Source of the DNA: Anaeromyxobacteraceae bacterium
GTDB lineage: Bacteria; Myxococcota; Myxococcia; Myxococcales; Anaeromyxobacteraceae
DNA: 64,000 bases
NCBI GenBank assembly: GCA_047602405.1
Contig: JASGHJ010000001.1
Span: 1,376,001-1,440,000, forward strand
Reading direction: 5' to 3'
Shown in pieces: positions 1-9,468 of this stretch. Numbering within the stretch: the stretch's first letter is position 1; every line of letters starts with the position of its first letter. Position numbers and translations under genes: made by a program. Under the pieces are notes generated by a model. The model saw only the letters and a program-made list of their open reading frames with translations. It ran no database searches and was not told the origin of the DNA.

Positions 1-121
1 GGGTGAGGCGCACCGCGTCCGCGATCGCCGGCGCGAAGAGCGCCAGGTACAGCGGGACGTGGAGCAGGCAGTAGGCGAGCGCCGGGGTGCCGAGCCCGGG
101 ACGCCCTCGAGATTCCGGCAC
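1..121 (-). CDS. 5' part of a probable membrane protein running off the window start
   Basis: Manual translation from GTG at 121: VPESRGRPGLGTPALAYCLLHVPLYLALFAPAIADAVRLT. Hydrophobic, open to the window edge, not in the ORF track. Confidence 0.4.
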   Translation of the reverse strand, partial: MPESRGRPGLGTPALAYCLLHVPLYLALFAPAIADAVRLT

Positions 122-175
122 GCGGGCGGGAACCTAACCCGACAGGAGGGTGACTCGCCAGCCCGGGGGGCCCGC

Positions 176-1180
176 TCAGGGCCGCCCCGCGCGCGCCGCG
201 GCCTCGAAGAGGCGGATCGCGTCGCGGCGGGTGGAGAGGCCGAGCTTCGCGAGCGCCCGCCGGAGGTGGGTCGCCACGGTGGTGGTCGAGAGGCCGAGCG
301 CGTAGCCGACGTACTTGTTGCCGTGGCCCTGGGCCACGTAGGCGAGGACGTCGCGCTCGCGCGCGGTGAGGGCCCGCGGGTCGCGGACGCCGGGCGGGTT
401 GTGGCGCGCCAGCACGACGCGGCGGCCGTCCGCCTCCACGTGGTCGACGAGCGACCAGCGCCCGTCCACGAGCCCCTGCCAGAGCCCGAGCGCCTCGTCG
501 GGCTCGGTCCGGCGCAGCCGGCCCCGGGCGCGCTCGAGCTTCAGCACCGCGCCGGCGAGGCTCGCCCGTGCGTCCTTCGCCTTCGCCTCGCCCTCGGCGT
601 GCGCGACCTTGCCGGAGGGATCGAGCACCGCGTCCGGGGCGGGCGCCTCGAGGGCCCCGGTCGCGTACGACCGCAGGCGCCGGGCCACGGCGAGGTGGGC
701 CGCGACGAGCGAGAGCCGGTGCGCGAGCCTGGGCGAGAGGCGGATCGGGCTCGCCGAGGGCAGCGTCACCTGGACGGCGTGGCCCGCGGGGTCGAGGCCC
801 ATGATCCCGAGGACGTCCTGGATCCCCATCGCCCGCGACAGCTCGACCGGCGTGTCGGCGGTGGGCGCGCGGCGGCGGCGGATCCGCAGGAGCTGGGTGT
901 CGACCGGCGGCACCGGCTCGAACCAGGCGCGGAGCGTCTCCTGGGGCAGGTCCTGCCAGACCGCCTGCATCCGCTCGATCAGGCCCGGCGGCTGATCCAG
1001 CGACGCGCCGGCGAGCTTCGTCGGGCGCCAGCCCTCGAGGTCGAAGCTCACCGCGGTGATGCCGAAGCCCCGCGCCAGCGGCTGGAAGGCCTCGGCGATC
1101 CGGCGGAGCCACGCCTCGTCCTCCGCGGTGGCCGCGTAGGCTGCCTCGATCACCTGGAGCGGATCGAACCGGGCGCTCAA
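176..1180 (-). CDS. LuxR-family HTH transcriptional regulator (paralog 1)
   Basis: C-terminal LTARERDVLAYVAQGHGNKYVGYALGLSTTTVATHLRRALAKLG is a LuxR/GerE HTH. Overlaps the upstream paralog by 4 bp. Confidence 0.85.
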   Translation of the reverse strand: MSARFDPLQVIEAAYAATAEDEAWLRRIAEAFQPLARGFGITAVSFDLEGWRPTKLAGASLDQPPGLIERMQAVWQDLPQETLRAWFEPVPPVDTQLLRIRRRRAPTADTPVELSRAMGIQDVLGIMGLDPAGHAVQVTLPSASPIRLSPRLAHRLSLVAAHLAVARRLRSYATGALEAPAPDAVLDPSGKVAHAEGEAKAKDARASLAGAVLKLERARGRLRRTEPDEALGLWQGLVDGRWSLVDHVEADGRRVVLARHNPPGVRDPRALTARERDVLAYVAQGHGNKYVGYALGLSTTTVATHLRRALAKLGLSTRRDAIRLFEAAARAGRP

Positions 1181-2169
1181 GACCGTCCCTCGACGCTCGC
1201 GGCCTCGAAGAGGCGGATGGCGTCGCGGCGGGTGGAGAGGCCGAGCTTCGCGAGCGCGCGGCGCAGGTGGGTCGCGACGGTGGTCGCCGAGAGCCCGAGC
1301 GCGTAGGCGACGTGCTTGTTGCCGTGGCCCTGCGCGACGTGGGCGAGCACGTCGCGCTCGCGCGCCGTGAGCGCGCGCGGATCGCGGACGCCCGCCGGGT
1401 TCCGGCGCGCCAGGATCACCCGGCGCCCGTCGGCCTCGACGTGATCGACGAGCGACCAGCGGCCGTCCACGAGGCCGCGCCAGAGCGCGAGCGCCGCGTC
1501 GGGATCCTCGCGCCGGAGCCGGCCGCGGGCCCGCTCGGCGCGGACGACCGCCGCGGCGAGCCCCTCGCGCGCGGCGCGGGCGCGGGCCTCGCCCTCGGCG
1601 TGCTGCACGCGGCCGGACGGGTCGAGCACCGCCTCGGCGCCGAGGCCGGCCGCGGCGCGCAGCCGGCGGGCGGCGGCCAGGTGGGCGGCGACGAGGCCGA
1701 GCCGGTGCTGCGCGCGCGGGGAGAGGTGCACCGTCGTCCGCGACGGCATCGAGACCTGGACGCCATGGCCGGCGGGATCGAGGCCGAGGACCGCCACCAT
1801 GTCGGTGGCACCGGACGCCTCCGAGAGGCGGGCGGGGCTCCGCTCACGCGAGGTGCCGGTGCGGCGCATGCGGGCGAGCAGCGTGTCCACCGGCGGGACC
1901 GGCTCGAACCACTCGCGCAGGACCTCCGGCGGCGCGCGATCCCAGAACGCGAGGATCGCGTCCTCGGGCGGGTCGCTCAGCCCGCCGGCGCCGGCCACCA
2001 CGCCGTGGGTCATCCGCCCCTGCTCGATCACGAAGCTCGCCGCGAGCACGCCCGGCCCCCGGTCGAGCGGCGCGAACGCCTCGGCGATCCCGAGGAGCCA
2101 CGCGCGGTCGCCCGGCGCGCTCGCGTAGGCGGCCTCGAGCACGCGCAGGGGATCGAAGGGGGCGGCCAC
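1177..2169 (-). CDS. LuxR-family HTH transcriptional regulator (paralog 2)
   Basis: Same architecture as 176-1180 (FDPL..EAAY N-terminus, LWxGLVDGRWSLVDHVEADGRR, LuxR HTH). Confidence 0.85.
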   Translation of the reverse strand: MAAPFDPLRVLEAAYASAPGDRAWLLGIAEAFAPLDRGPGVLAASFVIEQGRMTHGVVAGAGGLSDPPEDAILAFWDRAPPEVLREWFEPVPPVDTLLARMRRTGTSRERSPARLSEASGATDMVAVLGLDPAGHGVQVSMPSRTTVHLSPRAQHRLGLVAAHLAAARRLRAAAGLGAEAVLDPSGRVQHAEGEARARAAREGLAAAVVRAERARGRLRREDPDAALALWRGLVDGRWSLVDHVEADGRRVILARRNPAGVRDPRALTARERDVLAHVAQGHGNKHVAYALGLSATTVATHLRRALAKLGLSTRRDAIRLFEAASVEGRS

Positions 2170-2319
2170 CCGGGCATCCTATGCCCGGCGCCGGAAAGAC
2201 GGCGGTTCTCGGCTATCCCTCGGCCAATTGACCACCGTACGCTGGGTCCGGGACGAGCCCCGGTCTCGGCGCGACTTGACGCTGCGCACGGGTGGGTGGG
2301 GACTCGCCCGGACCCGAGG

Positions 2320-3954
2320 TCAGGCCGAGGTGCGCACCACCACGCCGACGGCGGACTCGAGGTAGTTGTACTCAGGGTGAACACGCTCGGCGGTGCGCAG
2401 CGCCCACTCTCGGTCGAAGAGCACCACCACCCGGTCGCGCACGTCGAGCACCACGTGGCCCTCCACCGCGCTGCCGAGCGCGTCGAGGTCCACCGGCGCG
2501 CCGTCCGCGCGCTGGATCCACCGGGCGAGCTGCCAGGGGACGGGCTCGAGGATCACGTCCACGCCGTACTCCGACTCGAGCCGGTACTTCGCCACCTCGA
2601 ACTGCAGCTGGCCCAGCGCGCCGAGCACGAGATCCCCGGCCCGCCCCGCGGGCGGCCGGTAGAGCTGGATGGTGCCCTCCTTCGCGAGCTGCTCGATGCC
2701 GGAGGCGAACTGCTTGCGGCGCAGCGGGTCCTTCAGGAGCAGGCGGCCGAAGCGCTCGGGGGCGAAGCTCGGGATGCCCTCGAAGCTGAAGCGCGAGCCG
2801 CCGGTGAGGGTGTCGCCGATCTCGTAGGTCCCGGGGTCGAACACACCGACCACGTCCCCCGCCCAGGCGTCGTCGACCACGCTGCGCTCGCGGGCCAGGA
2901 ACTGGGTCGGGTTCGCGAGCCGCACCTCCTTGCCGGACCTGACGTGGAGCACCTTCATGCCCCGCGTCATCTTGCCCGAGCAGATGCGGACGAACGCGAC
3001 CCGGTCGCGGTGCGCCTTGTCCATGTTCGCCTGGATCTTGAACACGAACCCGGAGAACTCGTCGCGGGTGGGCTCGACGGGCCCCTGGTCGCTCTCGCGG
3101 GCCCGGGGCGGCGGCTGCAGGTCGGCGAAGGTCTCGAGGAACGCCTCGAGGCCGAAGTTGTTCACCGCCGAGCCGAAGAACATCGGCGAGAGGTCGCCGC
3201 GCAGGAACTTCTCGTGGTCGAACGCGTCGCCGGCGAGCTCGAGCAGCTCCGCGTCGTGCCGCAGCTGCGCGGCGCCCTTCTCGCCCAGCTCCTCCAGCAC
3301 GAGCGGGTCGTCGATGCCGGTGACCTCCACCGGCGGGCGCTCGGCGCCGACGCCCGAGGACGACGAGGCGTGCGCGGCGTCGAAGAGGTACACGCGCTTC
3401 GCGACGCGGTGGTAGACGCCGCGGAAGACGTGGTCCCGGAAGATGGGCCAGGTGATCGGGTAGACGCCGATCCCGAGCACGCTCTCCACCTCGCCGATGA
3501 GCTCGAACGGCTCCCGGCCCGGTCGGTCGAGCTTGTTCACGAAGGTGAAGATCGGGATCTCCCGGTGCTTGCAGACGCGGAAGAGCTTCTTCGTCTGCGC
3601 CTCGACGCCCTTCGCCGAGTCGAGCAGCATCACCGCGCCGTCCACCGCGTGCAGCGTGCGGTAGGTGTCCTCCGAGAAGTCGGCGTGGCCGGGGGTGTCG
3701 AGGAGGTTCAGCTGCAGCCCGCGGTAGGGGAACTGCATCACCGAGGTGGTGATGGAGATGCCGCGCTCGCGCTCCATCTCCATCCAGTCCGACACCGCCG
3801 AGGCGCGGCCGCGCTTCGCCTTGACCGCCCCGGCGAGCTGGATGACGCCGCCGTAGAGGAGCAGCTTCTCGGTGAGCGTCGTCTTGCCCGCGTCCGGGTG
3901 CGAGATGATCGCGAAGGTGCGCCGGCGGGCGCTCTCGTGGGCGAGGATCGTCAT
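2320..3954 (-). CDS. prfC: Peptide chain release factor 3
   Basis: RRTFAIISHPDAGKTTLTEKLLL, SDWMEMERERGISITTSV, DTPGHADFSEDTYR, NKLD, FKIQANMD..HRDR motifs. Confidence 0.97.
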   Translation of the reverse strand: MTILAHESARRRTFAIISHPDAGKTTLTEKLLLYGGVIQLAGAVKAKRGRASAVSDWMEMERERGISITTSVMQFPYRGLQLNLLDTPGHADFSEDTYRTLHAVDGAVMLLDSAKGVEAQTKKLFRVCKHREIPIFTFVNKLDRPGREPFELIGEVESVLGIGVYPITWPIFRDHVFRGVYHRVAKRVYLFDAAHASSSSGVGAERPPVEVTGIDDPLVLEELGEKGAAQLRHDAELLELAGDAFDHEKFLRGDLSPMFFGSAVNNFGLEAFLETFADLQPPPRARESDQGPVEPTRDEFSGFVFKIQANMDKAHRDRVAFVRICSGKMTRGMKVLHVRSGKEVRLANPTQFLARERSVVDDAWAGDVVGVFDPGTYEIGDTLTGGSRFSFEGIPSFAPERFGRLLLKDPLRRKQFASGIEQLAKEGTIQLYRPPAGRAGDLVLGALGQLQFEVAKYRLESEYGVDVILEPVPWQLARWIQRADGAPVDLDALGSAVEGHVVLDVRDRVVVLFDREWALRTAERVHPEYNYLESAVGVVVRTSA

Positions 3955-4005
3955 GTGCTGGAGGCCTGTTCCTTGAGCGGCGCCGCGCTGGCGACGCCGG
4001 AGGTT

Positions 4006-4437
4006 CTACCCCGGCTTGCCCAGGGTGCGCAGCCTGAGGAGGGTGCGGCCGCACTGGGGGCACGCCGGATCCCCGGGGTGGTCCGTCCAGAGCTCGCAGG
4101 CCGGGCAGGCGAAACGGACCGGCGCGCCGTTCGCGCCGGGCTGCTCGTCGGCGGCCGGGAAGACCACCGCGAAGGCCGCCTGCATCGAGGCCATGTACTC
4201 GTAGCGGGCCTGCGGGGTGACGTCGTCGAGCATGACCCCGCGGTGGAAGGTGCGGCCGTTCACGGTCACCGGCGGGGTCGCCTCGAGCGCCGCGAGCTCC
4301 TCGGGCTTCCGCCGCGGCCAGGGCATGTCCGCGAACCAGCGCGCCTTGAACCCGGACCACTGCGGGAGCGTGCGCACCTGCGCGAGCTCCCGGTGGAAGG
4401 CGTCCAGGTCGCGGACGAAGGCGGGCTCGAAGGGCAT
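4006..4437 (-). CDS. Hypothetical protein with C-terminal CxxC...CxxC zinc ribbon
   Basis: Start moved to ATG 4437 (MPFEPAF...). Ends FACPACELWTDHPGDPACPQCGRTL. Confidence 0.6.
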   Translation of the reverse strand: MPFEPAFVRDLDAFHRELAQVRTLPQWSGFKARWFADMPWPRRKPEELAALEATPPVTVNGRTFHRGVMLDDVTPQARYEYMASMQAAFAVVFPAADEQPGANGAPVRFACPACELWTDHPGDPACPQCGRTLLRLRTLGKPG

Positions 4438-4486
4438 GGCGGGCGCATCTTGCGCCGGCGGCCCCGTCCGGGCAAGAAGAGCGGGC

Positions 4487-5074
4487 ATGGCAGACGACCG
4501 GTTCGAGCAGGCGTACCAGGCGGGCGGCGCCGCGTGGGACATCGGGCGCCCGCAGGGCGCCATCGTGCGGCTCGCGGAGGCGGGAGAGATCCGCGGCACG
4601 GTGCTCGACGTCGGCTGCGGCACGGGCGAGAACGCGCTGTACCTCGCGTCGCGCGGCCGCCCGGTCCTCGGCATCGACCTCTCGCAGACGGCGATCGCCA
4701 CCGCGCAGCAGAAGGCCGCCGCCCGCGGCCTGCAGGCGACCTTCCGCGTCCACGACGCGCTCCGGCTCACGAAGCTCCGCTGGCGCTTCGAGACCGCCAT
4801 CGACGTCGGCTTCTTCCACACGCTCGGGGACGAGCAGCGGCGGCCCTACGCGATGGAGCTGTGCGACGCGCTCGGGGCGGGCAGCGTGCTCCACATCCTG
4901 TGCTTCTCGGACGAGGAGCCGCCCGGCCCCGGGCCGCGCCGGGTGGAGGAGTACGACATCCGCGCGACCTTCCGCTCGCTCTTCGCCATGGTGAGGGTCG
5001 AGCGGGCCGAGTTCGAGACGAACCGGCCCGAGGGCAACGCGAAGGCCTGGCTCGCGACGCTGCAGAGGATCTAG
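4487..5074 (+). CDS. Class I SAM-dependent methyltransferase
   Basis: Start ATG 4487 (MADDRFEQAY). AWDIGRPQ, VLDVGCGTGENALYLA, GIDLS motifs. Confidence 0.88.
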   Translation: MADDRFEQAYQAGGAAWDIGRPQGAIVRLAEAGEIRGTVLDVGCGTGENALYLASRGRPVLGIDLSQTAIATAQQKAAARGLQATFRVHDALRLTKLRWRFETAIDVGFFHTLGDEQRRPYAMELCDALGAGSVLHILCFSDEEPPGPGPRRVEEYDIRATFRSLFAMVRVERAEFETNRPEGNAKAWLATLQRI

Positions 5075-5784
5075 AGGCCCTGCGGCACGGCGGTCTTCGA
5101 GGTCCCCTCCCACGCCGCCCCGAACGCGCGGGCCTGGCGGGCGCGGAACGCCTCGCGCGCGGCGGGCAGCCGCTCGCGCAGCGGCGCGGGCAGCCCGGCG
5201 AAGACCCGCTCGAGCACCTCGTCCGCGACGCCCTGCGAGCTCCACGCGAAGCCCTCCGCGTACATCGCGAGCTCCGCCTCGCCGGGGATGGGCATCTCGA
5301 GGGAGGTGTCGGCCCGGAGCTCCGGGATGATCGAGGCCTCCTCGGCGGCGAGGTGCGCGTCGAGGAGCCTCCGCAGCTCCCTCACGACCGCCTCCGCCTC
5401 GGCGCGCGCGTCCGGCGCGGGCAGCCGCGGGAACGCCGCGTCGCCGCGGGCGAGCACGGGGTCGATCGCCCGGTGGTCGATGGAGAGGTTCGTGATGAAC
5501 GGCGCGAGCCCGGGCGCGCGCGACAGCAGCATCGGGAAGAGGCCCGCGTCCTCGGCCGTGTGGTGGCCGTGCAGGGTCTGGTGGAACTTCCCCCACTCCT
5601 CGGCGAGGGCCGCGCCGCGCGCGGCGTCCGCGGGGCCGAGCGCGGGCAGCGCGCGGGCGAAGAGCGCGAGGTCCCGGCGCATGCCGAGGTGGGACATCAT
5701 GACCATCGTCGCGACCGAGGGGGTGCCCGAGGCGTCGAGGAGGCTCGGGGCGAACGCGGTGTGGGCGGGGCCGGGCTGGATCAT
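5071..5784 (-). CDS. Hemerythrin-domain protein
   Basis: HLGMRRD, LHGHHTAED..LFP, DHRAID, HLAAEE..IIP match the HHE cation-binding pattern. Confidence 0.8.
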   Translation of the reverse strand: MIQPGPAHTAFAPSLLDASGTPSVATMVMMSHLGMRRDLALFARALPALGPADAARGAALAEEWGKFHQTLHGHHTAEDAGLFPMLLSRAPGLAPFITNLSIDHRAIDPVLARGDAAFPRLPAPDARAEAEAVVRELRRLLDAHLAAEEASIIPELRADTSLEMPIPGEAELAMYAEGFAWSSQGVADEVLERVFAGLPAPLRERLPAAREAFRARQARAFGAAWEGTSKTAVPQGL

Positions 5785-5796
5785 GGCCGCTCTCCT

Positions 5797-6235
5797 CTAA
5801 CCGCGGGCGTGCGCCGGGTCCATCCACATCACCTCCCAGTGGTGGCCGTCGGGGTCGAGGAAGCTCCAGCCGTACATGAACCCGTGGTCGACCGGATCCA
5901 TCGCGTGGCCGCCGCCGCTCGCGATGGCGCGCTTCACGAGGTCGTCCACCTCGGCCCGGCTCTCGCACGAGAGGGCGTAGAGCGCGGCGGTCTCGCGGGT
6001 GGGATCGCCGGTGGGCCGCTTCGTGAAGGTCCGGAAGAAGGGCTCGGAGAGGAGCATCACGAAGGCCTGCGGGGAGACGATCATGCAGGCGGCCTTCTCG
6101 TCCGTGAAGCGCGGCTCGAAGGTGAAGCCGAGCGCGCCGAAGAAGGTCATCGAGCGGGCGAGATCCTTCACGGGGAGGTTGAGGAAGAAGCAGGCGGGGA
6201 GCGGGCTGGGGGGTCGGGGCGGGCAGGACGGACAT
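5797..6235 (-). pseudogene. VOC/glyoxalase family protein, frameshifted as assembled (one extra base at about 6188)
   Basis: ATG 6235 has a GGAGG RBS. Removing one T from CTG CTT CTT CCT gives RLLFLNLPVKDLARSMTFF...DHGFMYGWSFLDPDGHHWEV. Confidence 0.8.
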
Positions 6236-6341
6236 GGGGGGCCTCCGTGGCGGCGACGTTCATGACCTGGGACGGCGCGTCCCGCCCGATCTCATCGGCC
6301 TCCCCCCGGAGGAACCGCCGCTGGGGTAACATCCGCCGCTC

Positions 6342-7421
6342 ATGCGCGGCACCCTCCGTCACTTCCAGGGCTCGCTCGCCGTCACGGTCGGCGGCCTCGC
6401 GCTCGGCGCGTGGCTCGGCTGGAACCAGGGCCGCGGCTGGGCCGGGGTCGGCGCGACGGTGTTCATCGTGGCGGTGCTCGCGGTCCTCGAGATCTCGATC
6501 TCGTTCGACAACGCGGTCGTGAACGCGACGGTGCTGAAGACCATGACGCCGGTCTGGCGCCACCGCTTCCTCACCTGGGGCATCGCGATCGCGGTCTTCG
6601 GGATGCGGCTCGTGTTCCCGCTCCTCGTGGTGAGCACGGTGGCGCGCATGAGCCCCGCCGAGGCCCTGCGCCTCGCGCTCGTCGATCCGCCCGAGTACGC
6701 GCGCATCCTCGGCTCCGCCCACCACCTCCTCGGCGCGTTCGGCGGGACGTTCCTCGGGCTCGTCTGCCTCCGGTTCTTCTTCAACTCGGAGAAGGACGTC
6801 CACTGGATCCGCTGGCTCGAGCGGCGGCTCGCGAAGCTCGGCCGGATCCGCGCGGTCGAGCTCGGGCTGATGCTGGTGGTGGTGCTCGTCTTCTCGCAGT
6901 ACGTCGGGGACGCCGAGGACCACGCCTTCCTCGCCGCCGGCGTGCTCGGGGTGATCACCTACATCGCGGTCGACGGCTTCGGCGCGATCATGGAGCAGTT
7001 CTCCGAGAACGCCGGGAACGTGGTCCGCGCCGGCTTCGCGAGCTTCCTCTACCTCGAGGTGCTCGACGCGAGCTTCTCGTTCGACGGCGTGATCGGCGCC
7101 TTCGCGCTCACGAACGACCTCCTCGTCATCACCATCGGCCTCGGCATCGGCGCGATGTTCGTGCGCAGCCTGACGGTCATGCTCGTCGAGCGCGAGGCGT
7201 TCGACTCGTTCCGGTACCTCGAGCACGGCGCGTTCTGGGCCATCGGCGCGCTCGCGATCCTGATGTTCGCCGGCGTGGTGGTGGACGTGCCCGAGGTCGT
7301 GACCGGCCTCGTGGGCGCGGTGCTCATCGGCCTGTCGCTCTGGTCGTCGGTCCGGTACCAGGCGCGCCAGGAGAAGAAGCGCCTCGGGACGCCGCCGGGC
7401 TCGTCGAACGGCGCTGGCTAG
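6342..7421 (+). CDS. DUF475/TerC-like integral membrane protein
   Basis: LEISISFDNAVVNATVL, FLTWGIAIAVFGMRLVFP, YLEVLDASFSFDGVIGAFA, YLEHGAFWAI. Confidence 0.88.
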   Translation: MRGTLRHFQGSLAVTVGGLALGAWLGWNQGRGWAGVGATVFIVAVLAVLEISISFDNAVVNATVLKTMTPVWRHRFLTWGIAIAVFGMRLVFPLLVVSTVARMSPAEALRLALVDPPEYARILGSAHHLLGAFGGTFLGLVCLRFFFNSEKDVHWIRWLERRLAKLGRIRAVELGLMLVVVLVFSQYVGDAEDHAFLAAGVLGVITYIAVDGFGAIMEQFSENAGNVVRAGFASFLYLEVLDASFSFDGVIGAFALTNDLLVITIGLGIGAMFVRSLTVMLVEREAFDSFRYLEHGAFWAIGALAILMFAGVVVDVPEVVTGLVGAVLIGLSLWSSVRYQARQEKKRLGTPPGSSNGAG

Positions 7422-7448
7422 TCGAACGGCGCTGGTCAGTCGAACGGC
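7403..7448. repeat. 18-bp tandem repeat (2.5 copies) at the convergent DUF475/astA junction
   Basis: GTCGAACGGCGCTGGCTA / GTCGAACGGCGCTGGTCA / GTCGAACGGC read directly. Confidence 0.85.
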
Positions 7449-8461
7449 ACGAGGCTGAGCCGCTCGCCCGGCTCCACGAGGAGCCGCTCGCGCGCCTTCG
7501 CCGGGAGCCGCACCGTCTCGCCCTCGATGCGCGCCGGCGTCCGCACCGCGCGGAAGCGCACCCGCGCGCCGGGGCGGGCCACGCCGACCAGCCACTCCTC
7601 GGCGTCCCGGTCGAGCGGGGCCGCCGCGAGCTTCACCCTGCGGTGGCGGCGGACCAGCGAGACCTCGGCGAGCTTCGCCTCGTAGTGCGGGCCGCCGTCG
7701 AACGGGTCGATGCGGTGCACGTACGAGAAGCCGATCTTCTCGAGCATGTGCTTCACGGGCTCGCTCGCCGGGCCGACCGCGCCGAGGTGCTTCTGCACGC
7801 CGGGCGGGAAGAGCGTCGCGTAGACGTCCACGCCCGGGAAGAGCTGCTGGATGAACTCCTTGTTCTCGCGGCTCTTCTTGTCGGCGGTCTGGTAGTCGAG
7901 GTCGGTGAAGCGCTTCCCGAACGCCTCCCAGAACGCGCTCCGGCCGTCGGCCGTGAGCGGCGGCATGAGCTCGGCGAGGACCGTCTCGCGGAAGCGGTCC
8001 TGGAACATCGCCATGTAGAGGAAGCGCACGAAGCTGAGCTGCTTGCCGGGCTTGTCCTCGCCGCCGCGCTCGGAGGGGTGGACGACGAGGCCGCCGATCT
8101 CGGTCGGGCCGTCGAAGTGGTAGCCCATCGACAGGACCGGGTGCTTGAAGTGCCGGTCGAGCGTCGAGGAGTAGTGCTCGCGCTCCGAGACGTCGAAGAA
8201 GGTGCACGGCGACTCGCGGGTGCCGTGCTGCGCGATGACCATCGAGGTCCCGACGATGCGCCGGGTGCGCGCCTCCTCGGCGACGAACACGTAGTGCCGC
8301 TCGAGGGGATCGCGGATCTTCCCGGTGAAGCTCCGCACCGACCGGTCGATGATCTTCGCGAGCGCCCGCTCGTCGGCGGGCAGGTTGACCGTGTTGAGGA
8401 CCTGGGCGAGCCGGACGATGCTCGCGAGGTCCGACCGCTGGGCGTCTCGGAGGAGGAGCAT
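7436..8461 (-). CDS. astA: Arginine N-succinyltransferase
   Basis: Start ATG 8461 (MLLLRDAQ). GPTEIGGL, GKQLSFVRFLYMA, VLAELMPP, FWEAFG, IDPFDGGPH motifs. Confidence 0.88.
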   Translation of the reverse strand: MLLLRDAQRSDLASIVRLAQVLNTVNLPADERALAKIIDRSVRSFTGKIRDPLERHYVFVAEEARTRRIVGTSMVIAQHGTRESPCTFFDVSEREHYSSTLDRHFKHPVLSMGYHFDGPTEIGGLVVHPSERGGEDKPGKQLSFVRFLYMAMFQDRFRETVLAELMPPLTADGRSAFWEAFGKRFTDLDYQTADKKSRENKEFIQQLFPGVDVYATLFPPGVQKHLGAVGPASEPVKHMLEKIGFSYVHRIDPFDGGPHYEAKLAEVSLVRRHRRVKLAAAPLDRDAEEWLVGVARPGARVRFRAVRTPARIEGETVRLPAKARERLLVEPGERLSLVPFD

Positions 8462-8623
8462 GGTGGGCCCTGCCGGGCGGGAGGGGTCTAGCACGGCCCC
8501 CACCCGGAGTCACCGGGCGGCACCGGAGGGGCTCGGACGGGGCGGGTGCCAGCCCGGTGCCGGACACGGGGGCGGTGCCGGACATCGTTGCGCGGCGCGG
8601 CGTCGCGTGCCATGGAACCCCCC

Positions 8624-9073
8624 ATGCGCGCGGTGGTGCAGCGGGTTTCCCGGGGCGAGGTCCGGGTCGACGGCGCCGTGACCGGCTCGGTCGGGAAGGG
8701 GCTCGTGGTCCTCCTCGGGGTCGCGAAGGAGGACGGTGAGGCCGACGCCCGGGCGCTCGCCGACAAGGTCGCGGCGCTCCGCATCTTCGAGGACGCCGCC
8801 GGAAAGATGAACCTCGCGGTCGCCGAGGTGGGCGGCGGGGTGCTGGTGGTGTCGCAGTTCACGCTCCTCGGCGACGCCCGCAAGGGCAACCGCCCGAGCT
8901 TCATCGACGCCGCGCCGCCCGAGGCCGCGAACGCGCTCTACGAGACCTTCTGCGCGCTGCTCCGGGAGAAGGGGCTGCCGGTCGGCACCGGCGTCTTCCG
9001 CGCGCACATGGACGTCGAGCTCGTCAACGACGGGCCGGTGACCCTGCTCCTCGACTCCCGCAAGCTGTTTTGA
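8624..9073 (+). CDS. dtd: D-aminoacyl-tRNA deacylase
   Basis: MRAVVQRV start, LRIFED..GKMNL, SQFTL, KGNRPSF, NDGPVT. Confidence 0.96.
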   Translation: MRAVVQRVSRGEVRVDGAVTGSVGKGLVVLLGVAKEDGEADARALADKVAALRIFEDAAGKMNLAVAEVGGGVLVVSQFTLLGDARKGNRPSFIDAAPPEAANALYETFCALLREKGLPVGTGVFRAHMDVELVNDGPVTLLLDSRKLF

Positions 9074-9086
9074 CCCGAGGTGAACG

Positions 9087-9437
9087 ATGGCCGACTGCAT
9101 CTTCTGCAAGATCGTGGCGAAGCAGATCCCGGCGCGGGTGGTCCACGAGGACGACCACGTGATCGCCTTCGAGGACCTCAACCCCCAGGCGCCCACGCAC
9201 GTCCTCGTCATCCCGAAGAAGCACGTCGCGACGCTCGACGACGTCGCCCCCGAGGACGAGGCGCTCGTCGGGAAGCTCGTCCGGGCGGGCTCGGCCATCG
9301 TGAAGGCGCGCGGCCTCACCGGCCGCGGCTGGCGCGCGGTCATGAACGCGAACCAGGACGCCGGCCAGACCGTGTTCCACATCCACCTGCACGTCGTCGC
9401 CGGGCGCGCCATGGGCTGGCCCCCGTTCCCGGCGTGA
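9087..9437 (+). CDS. Histidine triad nucleotide-binding protein (HIT/HinT)
   Basis: DCIFCKI, DLNPQAPTHVLVIPKKH, GQTVFHIHLHV. Confidence 0.95.
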   Translation: MADCIFCKIVAKQIPARVVHEDDHVIAFEDLNPQAPTHVLVIPKKHVATLDDVAPEDEALVGKLVRAGSAIVKARGLTGRGWRAVMNANQDAGQTVFHIHLHVVAGRAMGWPPFPA

Positions 9438-9468
9438 CGGGCCAGCCCGGGGCGGCGGAGGCAAGGCC

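Noticed and set aside
1267..6522. Very long ORFs (1267-6522 +, 2372-6235 -, 30194-33985 -, 31588-34719 +, 59660-62491 +)
   Set aside because: Arg/Gly/Pro/Ala-rich shadow frames over recognisable genes, expected at this GC. Only short terminal segments of a few are real coding sequence.
7436..8461. astA without astB/C/D/E as a novel pathway
   Set aside because: The other genes may lie outside this window, so it cannot be judged here.
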